Virus record (IMG/VR): IMGVR_UViG_3300042289_000700
Reading direction: 5' to 3' (one strand)
DNA length: 64,000 nt
DNA from: an uncultured virus (IMG/VR IMGVR_UViG_3300042289_000700)
Taxonomy: Duplodnaviria > Heunggongvirae > Uroviricota > Caudoviricetes
Part shown: one piece after another, positions 18,780 to 28,152 of the stretch
How the letters are laid out: each line of letters begins with the position of its first letter
Numbering within the stretch: the first letter of the stretch is position 1
Made by a program: the position numbers and the translations under genes
The notes under the pieces: model-generated
Databases searched by the model: none
What the model was told of the DNA's origin: nothing
What the model saw: only the letters and a program-made list of their open reading frames with translations

Positions 18780-19053
18780 TGGCAATCTTCCGTAGAAGTT
18801 CCGTTTGCTCGCGCAACTCACGCAACTGCGCCCGCGCCTCCGACTCCGCCCTCATACGATCAATCGAAGCTTGTGTGTCGGCAATGATGCGGCGATAGGC
18901 GTCAATCTGGGGTTGGTAGGGCTGGTAAGGTTGCTCCACCTCACCGCGAATGACTTGGATGCGGCCCGAATCCAAATCAAAGACAGTTCCGTTGAATTGC
19001 TGGCCATAGCTCACGCTGGCCCCGACTGCTAGTAGCATTAGGTATTTTTTCAT
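18772..19053 (-). CDS. Small secreted-type protein
   Basis: MKKYLMLLAVGASVSYG/QQ signal peptide; coiled-coil tail. Confidence 0.65.
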   Translation of the reverse strand: MKKYLMLLAVGASVSYGQQFNGTVFDLDSGRIQVIRGEVEQPYQPYQPQIDAYRRIIADTQASIDRMRAESEARAQLRELREQTELLRKIANE

Positions 19054-19064
19054 AAGAAAGATTC

Positions 19065-19408
19065 GGGAGCGAGGTGGCGCATCCATCTATGGAAGCCCCT
19101 TAATTCCTCCATAGACTACCCTGATTATTCAGACCCGCCCCGCTCCCAAAAGATAAGTTAAGCTGGGTACGGAGACGCGCCTCCTTTTCGATGGCGGGTT
19201 TTCGGAGTGATACGGCCCGTAACGTGGCCCCCGATCCGCCAAACAGGTAATCCCCGTCTGGAATGTTAGTCCACCGCCCAGCATTGTTTTCCTCATCGGT
19301 TGTGCCCGCGCCATGAAAGACACGCATCGAACCGTTCGGAAAAGAGGTGGCGGGACTCAGGTCGCTGAACCCCGAATTCTCAGTGTTCCCCTCAATGATC
19401 CCGCCATT
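19065..19408 (-). ncRNA. Cluster of three structured RNA modules (candidate ncRNA)
   Basis: Closing stems at 19065-19148, 19161-19283 and 19346-19408; internal hairpins use G-U pairs on the minus strand. Confidence 0.4.
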
Positions 19409-19574
19409 AGTCATAGATCAATAGACACTAGGTTTCGCGGTTTGTTCAATATTTTTTTCCTTTAATAGGAATTGGGCTTATTTAAGGAAAGCGGGTTTTT
19501 CTTTAATAAGATCTTTTGAACATTTTTACGCTTGTGATGTCTGACCATTTGTGAGAAGTTACGCAAGTCTGATG

Positions 19575-19713
19575 TGAGAACCCAGACGATTCAATATGAA
19601 ACAAGCCTTAGCAAAAAATATTAATCTGCCGTTCAAGTGGCGGGGTGAGGGAGTAACTTGCTTGTTTCATTGTCGGGTTCTCAATCATCCCACGCCCCGT
19701 CATTTGAGCGGCA
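19575..19713 (+). promoter_or_regulatory. Antisense-type leader switch (A-B-A'-B') upstream of the replication gene
   Basis: 19-bp stem 19627-19645/19695-19713; its loop is complementary to 19575-19583 and 19596-19606. Confidence 0.65.
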
Positions 19714-19728
19714 ATTTTATTTATTGCT

Positions 19729-20232
19729 ATGAGAAAGAATCAAACAGTCTATAAACGGGTAGCTAGGGGCGGGTTTGTCCAGCTATCAAACGATCTCGTA
19801 AGAGATAAACGCCTATCATTCGGGGCTCGGGGCCTGCTGGCCATGGTGCTTTCCAACGCCGATGAGTGGGTGGCTAATAGGGCCTACTTTGTAAACAACA
19901 CCACAGACGGGGCCAACAGGGTAAAAACCTACTTTCGGGAATTGGAAAGTCTTGGCTATGTGAAGTATGAACTGTCTGGCGGGGGCAAGGGAGGATTCTG
20001 CAATACTTGGACGTTTTATGATACGCCAATCTCAGAAGACCAACGCAGCAATCGCACGAATTGGAATTCCTCTCTTTCCGTGCTCAAGGTTTCTAGTGCA
20101 CGGGAAATCCCGTCCACGGGAAACCTTGACCACATTAGAAGACCAATTATCCAGAATACCAATAATACACAGAATACAAATTTGGAAGATGATGAGATGT
20201 TGGGTAAGTTATTTGGGGGTATATTACGGTGA
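19729..20232 (+). CDS. Phage replication initiator-like HTH protein
   Basis: FVQLSNDLVRDKRLSFGARGLL...ELESLGYV, typical replisome-organiser N-terminus. Confidence 0.7.
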   Translation: MRKNQTVYKRVARGGFVQLSNDLVRDKRLSFGARGLLAMVLSNADEWVANRAYFVNNTTDGANRVKTYFRELESLGYVKYELSGGGKGGFCNTWTFYDTPISEDQRSNRTNWNSSLSVLKVSSAREIPSTGNLDHIRRPIIQNTNNTQNTNLEDDEMLGKLFGGILR

Positions 20233-20311
20233 AATCCCGAAATGATTCATTTAACCAACCCTGTCTTTTTTCTGACGGGCGAAGCCCGAACCAGCCAGTT
20301 CCGCGCTGATA

Positions 20312-20848
20312 ATGAATTTTCAATCTAACTATCAAGACTATCTCCAGACCCCCTACTGGAAAGAAGTAAGTCGGGCGGTCAAGAAACGTTATGGATTCCG
20401 CTGTGGGGTTTGCAATAGCCCCCTAGATCTCTGTGCCCACCACCGCACCTACGAGCATCGGGGGAAAGAGCTAGACCACCTAGATGATTTGATTTGTCTG
20501 TGCAAAAAATGCCACCGAACTTTCCACGCCGTTGAGCGCGAGGAGTCGCAGAAATTTAGGCGCAAACTGGCCCGACCCAAGCCCGAACCCATAGAAGCAG
20601 AACCAGTGGCCCCGTCCAATCGGGACAAGATGACAGGAACCAGAGTTTTGAATCCCGATCTCATCAAAAGTCTCAAGGTGCATGGCGGGATGACCGCTGC
20701 CACGCTCAAAGCTTTGGGGCTAAATTGGAATTTCACCAAGCAACCCAATTGGCTGTTCCGCCTTCGGGGTCGAGTGGTAACCGAGCAAGCCTACCAAGAG
20801 GCGTTGGCTGGAAAGAAAATCCGAGCCAGCAAGAAAAAGCGGCGTTGA
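20312..20848 (+). CDS. HNH endonuclease
   Basis: YLQTPYW...CGVC...HHRTY...LCKKCH. Confidence 0.8.
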   Translation: MNFQSNYQDYLQTPYWKEVSRAVKKRYGFRCGVCNSPLDLCAHHRTYEHRGKELDHLDDLICLCKKCHRTFHAVEREESQKFRRKLARPKPEPIEAEPVAPSNRDKMTGTRVLNPDLIKSLKVHGGMTAATLKALGLNWNFTKQPNWLFRLRGRVVTEQAYQEALAGKKIRASKKKRR

Positions 20849-20897
20849 CGCACATTGAACGCCCGCTAACTTTAACAGTCTAACCAACCACAACTTT

Positions 20898-21377
20898 ATG
20901 GAAACACTATCTATCCCGATTCAAGAACTACTGGACAAAGCCCCGTCCCACACCATTAGCGAATTAGCCACCATGTACCAGACCGACTATGGAACGGTCT
21001 ACCGTATCCTAGCGAGATATAAAGTAGAGGCATTGAAAGCCCACGAACCCATCACTAAAGAAGTGTTGGAGGCGGTGTTTGAAGAGCCCACAACGGTAGT
21101 CGAAGCTGCCGAGCAACTCCATGTCACTCCCGCCACCGTTACTCATGCCATTAAGAAGTTCGGTCTTTTTGGAGGGACTCGCAAGGCCACAGTTAAGTCC
21201 ACCTTCAATGGGACGCGGGCTTTCAAGGTGCTGGGGTATATCTTCAACCACCCCGAAGAAAACCTAGCTTCTATCGGACGCCGCTTCAACTGCACCCGCG
21301 AATATGTGAGGCAGATCAAAGAAGCGGCTATTGCCGAAGGAATCATCAAGCGGGAGATTGAGCCATATGAGCAATGA
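20898..21377 (+). CDS. Multi-HTH DNA-binding protein
   Basis: Three HTH-like segments, e.g. LASIGRRFNCTREYVRQI. Confidence 0.65.
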   Translation: METLSIPIQELLDKAPSHTISELATMYQTDYGTVYRILARYKVEALKAHEPITKEVLEAVFEEPTTVVEAAEQLHVTPATVTHAIKKFGLFGGTRKATVKSTFNGTRAFKVLGYIFNHPEENLASIGRRFNCTREYVRQIKEAAIAEGIIKREIEPYEQ

Positions 21378-21666
21378 TGATTATGTGGTAGGGCGGGCTT
21401 ATGGGGAGATGGCTCCGAATCAAAGCTCCATCTATGAAGCCTTGTTAGAGAGGGCCCAGCGAGAGAACGAAGAACAAGCCCGCCTGCTGGGTAGGGGCAG
21501 CGAGCGCGAGGCCCGACTCATAACCGAACGCGACCACTACAAGCAAGCCTTGGAGGAGATCTCCACAACCATCCAAGAATACAAAGACTCCATGATCCAA
21601 GAGCCAGCCGAAGACTTTATCTGGGCCATCAAGGCTTGGGCGGATAAGAAGTTGAAAGAAATTTAA
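21367..21666 (+). CDS. Hypothetical coiled-coil protein
   Basis: EQARLLGRGSEREARL; likely start 21367. Confidence 0.6.
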   Translation: MSNDDYVVGRAYGEMAPNQSSIYEALLERAQRENEEQARLLGRGSEREARLITERDHYKQALEEISTTIQEYKDSMIQEPAEDFIWAIKAWADKKLKEI

Positions 21667-21684
21667 CCCACTTTTTCTTTCAAA

Positions 21685-22140
21685 ATGACCAGTCCACGCC
21701 GCATCAAAGAAACCCCGCCTCCAAGGATTGAACAGGTGGTTCCACAAAATACCACAGCAGAACAAGCAGCACTGGCCTGTCTGTTGGATCAAGCCGATCT
21801 GTCCATCCCACTAACAGAGGCCCACTTCTTCACCCCAGCTAACAAGATCGTCTTTGGCATCATTAAGGATCTCCATGAGAAGAACCAGCCAGTCAGCATA
21901 ATGACTGTCCGCGTCATGCTGGAAGCCAAGGGACTACTGGAACAGGCAGGAGGCGACCCATCCCGCTACTTCGACTTCGGGGGGGGTGGCAACGCCGTCC
22001 TTGACTACTACTACCACCATCTGGAAGATACCCGTCAAAACCGCGATGCCCTCCTATTTATCAACTCTCACATGGAAGACCTGTCCAAATGCCGAATCAA
22101 TGCCAAGGACTTTGTCGCCCAATTGCAGGAGATTGTATGA
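21685..22140 (+). CDS. Stand-alone DnaB N-terminal-domain protein
   Basis: VPQNTTAEQAALACLL...HFFTPANKIVF...LLEQAGG. Confidence 0.7.
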   Translation: MTSPRRIKETPPPRIEQVVPQNTTAEQAALACLLDQADLSIPLTEAHFFTPANKIVFGIIKDLHEKNQPVSIMTVRVMLEAKGLLEQAGGDPSRYFDFGGGGNAVLDYYYHHLEDTRQNRDALLFINSHMEDLSKCRINAKDFVAQLQEIV

Positions 22141-22280
22141 ACGTAATCTTCTGTCTTATCTGGAACATTTTTGTTTTCGGCGGCACCGCCTATCTGGTGG
22201 GCTGGCAAGACTGGAGCCCATGGTGGTTTGCGCTTGCTGCCATCCTGCTCTTTAGCCCGTCCTCAAATCCCGAACCATGA
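22137..22280 (+). CDS. Small membrane protein
   Basis: Two hydrophobic segments. Confidence 0.5.
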   Translation: MNVIFCLIWNIFVFGGTAYLVGWQDWSPWWFALAAILLFSPSSNPEP

Positions 22281-22319
22281 GTTATAAATCTGACGCAGAA
22301 TTTATAACACAATGACCAT

Positions 22320-22730
22320 ATGGGAACAACCATTCCAGCGGGCTATGTGGAGGTAAGAAAGGGGGTCTATGAAAGAATTGACGTTAGAAAAAAGACCATT
22401 CTTAACAATAAGGGTTCCATCCGTAACCCCAAGCCTGAACGCCCTGTTCGCAATGAACCACTGGCAAAGGGCGAGTGCAAAAAAGAAAATACAGGCCGCA
22501 TTCATATCCGCCTTACGGCAAGAAGAAAACGACTTATTGACCCCGACAATCTCATTTTCAAATACCACATTGACTGCCTCCGCTATGCTGGAGCGATTCC
22601 AGATGACCGTGAAGGCGATGTCACAATTGAAACTCGGCAGGAAAAAACTCGCGGGCAAGAGGAGACGTTGATAGAGTTGTTCCGCCATGAACCAATTCAG
22701 CTTCGACAAAGATCTGACCATTCGCTTTGA
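22320..22730 (+). CDS. RusA-like Holliday junction resolvase
   Basis: DPDNL..K...DCL...GAIPDD acidic motif pattern. Confidence 0.6.
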   Translation: MGTTIPAGYVEVRKGVYERIDVRKKTILNNKGSIRNPKPERPVRNEPLAKGECKKENTGRIHIRLTARRKRLIDPDNLIFKYHIDCLRYAGAIPDDREGDVTIETRQEKTRGQEETLIELFRHEPIQLRQRSDHSL

Positions 22731-22837
22731 CGATACAGGAGCCCTGATGCCATTCCCAGAGCAGGAAGAAGGATTTGAGGATAACCCGATTAGACAATTG
22801 TTTGAACAAGTGGAGGACTTGGAGGTCAAAGAAGAAG

Positions 22838-23416
22838 ATGAAGAATGACCCCAACGTCATCGCCTTTCTGGGCAAGTCGATACTGAAGTATCGCAACTAC
22901 AAGTTTACCTTTGCTCCCCAGAAACACCTAATCACGGGTAAGGCTACTTCCGTGGGGTGGGCAGATGACAAAGAAGTCCGCGTCGCCACCAAGCGACCCC
23001 TCTCAACGTGGATCGATGTGTTTGTCCATGAGACCTGCCACATTGACCAACAGATCCAAAAGCCCAAGTGGTATGGTCCTAGAGAAGACGCTGTCGGCAA
23101 GCTGGACGAATGGCTGGCGGGGAAGAATGTCCACAATATCAAAAAGTCGCTACTTCTTGTGACGGAACTAGAGTGGGACTGCGAACGCCGCTCCATTACC
23201 AAGATCAAGCGCAACAAACTTCCCATAGACCTTAAAGAATACGCCCAAAGAGCCAATGCCTACATCTTGGGCTACCACTGGACACTCAACAACCGCAAGT
23301 GGTGCAAGAAAAGCTACGAGACCCAGAAAATCTGGAGCGGGATGCCAGACAGGCTGATTACTCTATCCGCTGCTTTAAATCCTCCCAGCCAACTTACCGA
23401 TCTCTACTATGATTAA
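22838..23416 (+). CDS. HExxH metallopeptidase-like protein
   Basis: VFVHETCH with downstream ELEWDCE; likely start 22838. Confidence 0.55.
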   Translation: MKNDPNVIAFLGKSILKYRNYKFTFAPQKHLITGKATSVGWADDKEVRVATKRPLSTWIDVFVHETCHIDQQIQKPKWYGPREDAVGKLDEWLAGKNVHNIKKSLLLVTELEWDCERRSITKIKRNKLPIDLKEYAQRANAYILGYHWTLNNRKWCKKSYETQKIWSGMPDRLITLSAALNPPSQLTDLYYD

Positions 23417-23681
23417 CCTCATGGACGAACTCAATGGAAAGGGAGACTACATCCCATGTCCCTCTTGCGCCGAACTGGCCTCAATCAAAGAGGTCATTGA
23501 GGGCTACGCCACCTTCGACAACGAGTCCCCTTCAATTACCATCGATCTTCTTGTCTCCGAAGTAAAGATGTGGAGATCAAAAGAAATTTACGAACGGAAG
23601 TTAAAATCCACCCTGATTGCCTCAACGATCAAGAAAATGCAGGCAGAAGGACTTCAAATTGATGGAAACCCCAATAATTAG
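23409..23681 (+). CDS. Hypothetical protein
   Basis: Coupled ORF with CPSC. Confidence 0.55.
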   Translation: MINLMDELNGKGDYIPCPSCAELASIKEVIEGYATFDNESPSITIDLLVSEVKMWRSKEIYERKLKSTLIASTIKKMQAEGLQIDGNPNN

Positions 23682-24111
23682 TGGTAAATGGCAAGCTAGG
23701 TTTGTCCACCTAGCCAAAGAAATTGCAAGCTGGAGCAAGGACGTTACCACCCAAGTTGGCTCTGTTATTGTCCGTCCAGACCGCACCATCTGTAGTGTGG
23801 GGTTCAATGGGTTCCCCAGAGGGGTGGAGGACTCGCGAGAAGCTATCGCAAATCGCGATACCAAGCTGCTTCGTACCATCCACGCCGAACTCAACGCCAT
23901 CCTTTCGGCCAAGGAGTCGCTAGTCGGCTATTCCCTTTTTGTTTGGCCATTTCAGCCCTGTTCTGCCTGTGCTTCCGCCATCATCCAGTCTGGCATCAAG
24001 GATGTGTATTGCCCATTCAACGACCACCTAGCCCACGAACGTTGGAGCGAGTCCTTCAAGGCCGCGTTGCAAATGTTTGATGAGGCGGGAGTTAGAGTAA
24101 TTTATTCTTGA
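23662..24111 (+). CDS. dCMP deaminase
   Basis: SKD..TQVG, GFNGFPRG, HAELNA, PCSACA. Confidence 0.9.
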   Translation: METPIISGKWQARFVHLAKEIASWSKDVTTQVGSVIVRPDRTICSVGFNGFPRGVEDSREAIANRDTKLLRTIHAELNAILSAKESLVGYSLFVWPFQPCSACASAIIQSGIKDVYCPFNDHLAHERWSESFKAALQMFDEAGVRVIYS

Positions 24112-24149
24112 CAATGAACATTCCTGCCTATTATGTGTCTGATAGTAAT

Positions 24150-24362
24150 ATGAGCAATGGACTTACCAGAGTCTTTGAGTGGGTTAGTGGCTGGCGCGAA
24201 TGGTCAGACTTTGAACGCGACCACGAAGGCTATATCACCACCGAACGTTGTGGGAGGGGGACAGCTATGTTTCTGTGGAGGGTTGACAAAGACCCCGTCC
24301 ACCTCGACCATATGTACCTTGATGGGAAAACGCTGGTGAGATTTACCGACAACGCCCACTAA
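24150..24362 (+). CDS. Hypothetical protein
   Basis: ORF in the co-directional run. Confidence 0.5.
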   Translation: MSNGLTRVFEWVSGWREWSDFERDHEGYITTERCGRGTAMFLWRVDKDPVHLDHMYLDGKTLVRFTDNAH

Positions 24363-24370
24363 CTAATTTT

Positions 24371-24619
24371 ATGAGCGAACAAACGAACGAAACAACCACC
24401 CAAATGGTCAACAATGAACTGACCGAGCGGGTTAACAACGCATATCTTGCCAACAACTATACCCTCCTCAATGGCGGCACCGACAATGTGGTGATGATCA
24501 AGGGAGACAAGGATGATAAGTCCATTGATGTCCTCCTTACCTTGGAAGGCATGGAAGAAGTGAGCAAAACCCTGCGTGAGGAAGTGGACAACAAAAAGCC
24601 CGAAGCAAGCAATGAGTAG
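24371..24619 (+). CDS. Hypothetical acidic protein
   Basis: ORF in the co-directional run. Confidence 0.6.
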   Translation: MSEQTNETTTQMVNNELTERVNNAYLANNYTLLNGGTDNVVMIKGDKDDKSIDVLLTLEGMEEVSKTLREEVDNKKPEASNE

Positions 24620-24899
24620 CGAAACCTATCCCATCTACCAAGCACAAGTGGGAGCCTTGGGTCAGGTAGCGTTTTTCAAGGACCCCGAATCCCGCACCTA
24701 CTGCTTTACTTACTTTAACGGAGCCGATTGTACCCCGCTTTTTCTCTCCGAAGACGCGGCCTACTTTACATGGCTCTTTATTGGGTGCGAACATCCTGAA
24801 GCCACTATCTCGACTTTTACTCCTCCCAAGAAGGCTGGGGGAAGTAAACCTAAAAAGCAGCCTTCAAAACCAACTAAAAAGAAAGCGAAAAGTAAATGA
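24612..24899 (+). CDS. Hypothetical protein with Lys-rich tail
   Basis: Likely start 24612, overlapping the upstream stop. Confidence 0.55.
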   Translation: MSSETYPIYQAQVGALGQVAFFKDPESRTYCFTYFNGADCTPLFLSEDAAYFTWLFIGCEHPEATISTFTPPKKAGGSKPKKQPSKPTKKKAKSK

Positions 24900-25123
24900 G
24901 CAAAGAGAAAAAAGACAACAGCGGAGCGGCGTTTATGCGTAACTCCGACAATCCCAAAGCACCTTGGTGCAGCGGCCCCGTAACTGTTGACGGAAAAGAC
25001 TACGAAGTGGCCATCTGGAAACAGAAGAGCCAAAAGGGCGACCAATACTTGAGCCTCAAGTTTGGCCCTCCCTACGTTCCGAAGAACAAAAAAACCGACA
25101 CTAACGACGATCCTGACTGGTAA
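24896..25123 (+). CDS. Small ssDNA-binding-like protein (DUF736-like)
   Basis: GAAF..N..NPKAP...G...W...YLSLKF with acidic DDPDW tail. Confidence 0.5.
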   Translation: MSKEKKDNSGAAFMRNSDNPKAPWCSGPVTVDGKDYEVAIWKQKSQKGDQYLSLKFGPPYVPKNKKTDTNDDPDW

Positions 25124-25792
25124 GTCGCAATGGGCTTCATTGGCATAGCCATCTGCACGGTTTGCTACGTTGCAACCTCAGTTGATTTCTACATCAAGGG
25201 GAATCTCCCCATGGCTATTGCCTTTGGAGGCTACGCGCTCGCGAATGTGGGCTTTCTAATGATCGCAAGACAATGAAATCCGCAATACTTACACTGGCCA
25301 TGTTTGCCAGCTTCACATTTTGGCTTTTGGCCTTCTATGGCGCATGGAGAGTTATCAATGGTTGACTACGCCATTAGCTACGTCTTTTACATCGCCATCC
25401 TTATTGTTGTACTAAAGCTGTTCAAGGACATCATCAACCCGAAATGAAAAACAAACTTGAGAACTGGATCGCCAATCGCGGAGCCAATGAAGTCAGGGTG
25501 ATGAATCTATTGCAAGAATACGGGGTTATCAGCGACAACACCGTCTGGGCCAAGGACTGTGGTAACGATCTAAGGGCCATCCGCTGGCTGGCGGTCAACG
25601 CCGAACAACTGCTTAAATGACTATTGTCGAAACATTTCTAAACCTAGTGGGCTACGGGGTCTTGGCCAATATGGCTTTTGCCCTAACCTTCTGTTGCCTT
25701 CGGTTACGAAAAATTAACAAAACTCTCAATCGATCTTTGGAATAAACTTTGCTAGTCTCCCCCCCCGATCTTTGAAAGGAGGTGAGATTACA

Positions 25793-25930
25793 ATGGAGTA
25801 TACCAACCACCTTGGTATTGTCTATGGACCGTATGGATCAATTGGCTTTGCACAACGGCAGGATTTGCGGAAGCTGTCTTTCAGCTTTCGCGGATTGTTC
25901 CGCTGGGTCAAAAATCTTGCGGTTCTTTAA
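25793..25930 (+). CDS. 45-aa peptide with perfect Shine-Dalgarno
   Basis: AAAGGAGGTGA at 25775-25785, 7 nt before ATG; MEYTNHLGIVYGPYGSIGFAQRQDLRKLSFSFRGLFRWVKNLAVL. Confidence 0.6.
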   Translation: MEYTNHLGIVYGPYGSIGFAQRQDLRKLSFSFRGLFRWVKNLAVL

Positions 25931-25937
25931 GAAGCTA

Positions 25938-25969
25938 GGGCGGGGGAGCAATCCCCCGTCCTTTTTTTT
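25938..25969 (+). terminator. Rho-independent terminator
   Basis: GGGCGGGGGA-GCAA-TCCCCCGTCC followed by T8. Confidence 0.85.
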
Positions 25970-25996
25970 GAACGTTCCACGATAAGCGGGGTCTAA

Positions 25997-26467
25997 ATGG
26001 GTATGTGGGACGAATATGTAGAGCAGGGTAAGAGCGTAGAGGCCAAGTTTGCCTCCATCCTTAGTGGGGCTGTCTTTGCCACCAGAGAACAAGACATGCA
26101 TGAGCATTGGGATGTGATGGACGTTATGGCCCTCAAATACGATGTTAAGGGCATGAAGAAGTATCGGCGTAGTGACGATAAGCCTACTGATCGACTCCAT
26201 TGGATAGAACTCCGCAACGTCAATGGAAAGAACGGATGGCTCTACGGAGAAGCTGATGTCATCGCCTTTGAGACCCGTCAGTGGTGGCTACTGGTAGATC
26301 GCGAGGATCTTGTCCAGTTTGTCGAAGGCATACTTATCGGAAGTGATCCATGCGAGAAGCCCGAACCCTACAGACTCTACCAACGTGAAGGCCGACAAGA
26401 TCTCCTTACCATCTTACCAACAGTGGACTTGCTGTCCATCGCCAGTCAAGTATTGGTAAAGAAATAA
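25997..26467 (+). CDS. PD-(D/E)XK-like nuclease-family protein
   Basis: D..EHWD...YDVK...WIELRNVNGKNGWLYG. Confidence 0.55.
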   Translation: MGMWDEYVEQGKSVEAKFASILSGAVFATREQDMHEHWDVMDVMALKYDVKGMKKYRRSDDKPTDRLHWIELRNVNGKNGWLYGEADVIAFETRQWWLLVDREDLVQFVEGILIGSDPCEKPEPYRLYQREGRQDLLTILPTVDLLSIASQVLVKK

Positions 26468-26476
26468 GACAAGTTT

Positions 26477-26650
26477 ATGGCAGGTAAAGACAGCAGACCC
26501 AACGGCAAGGGGGACCAACCCCGAAAAGTGAATGGCCCGAAGTATCGGGACAACTTTGATAGTATCAAATGGAACAACCATGAGAGCAAAACAAATAGGA
26601 ATCAAGCAAGACCGCAACGCGGCCAAGACAACCCCCAAGCCCCGCAATAA
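26477..26650 (+). CDS. Small hypothetical protein
   Basis: NGKGDQPRKV...YRDNFDSIKW; read manually. Confidence 0.5.
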   Translation: MAGKDSRPNGKGDQPRKVNGPKYRDNFDSIKWNNHESKTNRNQARPQRGQDNPQAPQ

Positions 26651-26651
26651 C

Positions 26652-26837
26652 ATGCCCAAGCTACAAAAACTGCTAAGTAAGGGCCACCTCGTCCCCATCT
26701 ACGAGGCCCGTGGGGACACGATCTTCCTGATCGGCTACCGCCGCAAGGCAAGCTCAAGAAAAGCCCACCAGAGGCCCTTTATGCTCAAAGCAGGGGTACC
26801 TATAGCCAAGATCCCCTCAAATCCCGAAACCACATGA
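26652..26837 (+). CDS. Small basic hypothetical protein
   Basis: MPKLQKLL, coupled to the next gene. Confidence 0.45.
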   Translation: MPKLQKLLSKGHLVPIYEARGDTIFLIGYRRKASSRKAHQRPFMLKAGVPIAKIPSNPETT

Positions 26838-27109
26838 AACCCACAGGCAACGAATTAATAGACCATTGTATCAAATCCCACATGGGAGAAGATGAAACAA
26901 TCCTCCTAGCAGACGGATTAGAAAGTGCCTTTATGGGGATAGGCAGGCAATTCACCCACCCCATAGCCATCTACTCCTACAAGAAGGTGATCAAGATCCT
27001 CATGCGGGATCACAGGATGGACAGAGAAGAAGCCATCGAATACTTCGACTACAACATCGCGGGAGCCTTCGTCGGAGACCAAACCCCCGTATTCTTACAG
27101 GATGAGTAG
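26834..27109 (+). CDS. Phage hypothetical protein
   Basis: LLADGLESAFMG...EAIEYFDYNIAGAFVGDQTPVF. Confidence 0.7.
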   Translation: MKPTGNELIDHCIKSHMGEDETILLADGLESAFMGIGRQFTHPIAIYSYKKVIKILMRDHRMDREEAIEYFDYNIAGAFVGDQTPVFLQDE

Positions 27110-27499
27110 ATATGTCGATAAAACCCCGAAATCTATACATGTCCCCCCAGATATGGTTACGGCGTAGACATATCATCGGAGTAGAGTGGGGACAATAGTC
27201 CAAGCCAAATTTGACCTATATGGTACTTTCTATGCCATTTGGCAGTCAAGGGGCACAAAGGCAGCAAAAGCGTTCCACGGGGGATTGTGGGGCAATTACG
27301 CCCCCTCCAAGCCCGAAACATAGAGAGCTAAAAATATTCAAGAGGGGGTAACGTCCCTTGAACTAGGGGGTAGGGGGTAGTCAGAAAGAGAAGAGACGGG
27401 GGTGGTAGCCTTATGTAAACCCCGCTATACATAAACCCCCATTGGTGTATACCGAAGAGGACATCTCTAGCACACAAAGCTGATAGCGCGCTCTCTGGT

Positions 27500-27997
27500 T
27501 TACTTTTTGGAGGACATTGTGGTTTTTATCTGATCCACAATCTCTAAAAGCTCACTTACTGAAAGCTCGTTCTTAACAAGATTAACAATCCCTCGACACA
27601 GGACAATGTTGTCCTTCTCATATCCTCTATTAGAGTCAACTCTGTCTATTGACACGCATTGCCACCTTCTTGGACTTGGGCCAAGAATCATTGGTTGATC
27701 TGTGTAATAACACTTTCCGCCTTGTTTTTCCCACACCTCCTGAACGTCATCTACTGTAATGTTAAACGGAATACCACACTCCTTTGCTCTGGCCCTTGAG
27801 CCTGTTACTCTGTAATGAAGGTAGTTATTCTTGACCCATTCGTTTTGTTTTGCCTTTTTAAGCCTTTTCTCTTCTGGGCTTAATGAGTGATACTTTTTGA
27901 TTTGTTTCTGAACGTGGCACCTTTTGCATATGTAATTGTGATACGAGTAAAACTCCTCTGGATTTGTGGCCCCGCATTTACATTGTTTGTTTTTCAT
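27500..27997 (-). CDS. His-Me finger / HNH-type endonuclease, homing-like
   Basis: QGGKCYYT...SIDRVDSNRGYEKDNIVLC...N; own promoter TTGATT-16-TAAGCT; opposite strand to neighbours. Confidence 0.7.
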   Translation of the reverse strand: MKNKQCKCGATNPEEFYSYHNYICKRCHVQKQIKKYHSLSPEEKRLKKAKQNEWVKNNYLHYRVTGSRARAKECGIPFNITVDDVQEVWEKQGGKCYYTDQPMILGPSPRRWQCVSIDRVDSNRGYEKDNIVLCRGIVNLVKNELSVSELLEIVDQIKTTMSSKK

Positions 27998-28152
27998 AAA
28001 CAGAGCTTAACATGGCCAAGAAAAAAATCAAGGCCATTTGTTTTTCTAAAAACATTTTGTCATATATTTTTCGACAGGGGGTATTTTTATGGGTTGCTGG
28101 CCCGCGCCAAGCGAAGGGTGGGGTCAACACCCGTGTGGTGGGGTCTGTGCGC

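Noticed and set aside
19065..19148. Hammerhead ribozyme (three-way junction with CUGA)
   Set aside because: CUGANGA and GAAA core elements are not present in the required positions
19100..19414. 104-aa ORF
   Set aside because: No recognisable motif and it coincides with dense RNA stems; probably spurious but not excluded
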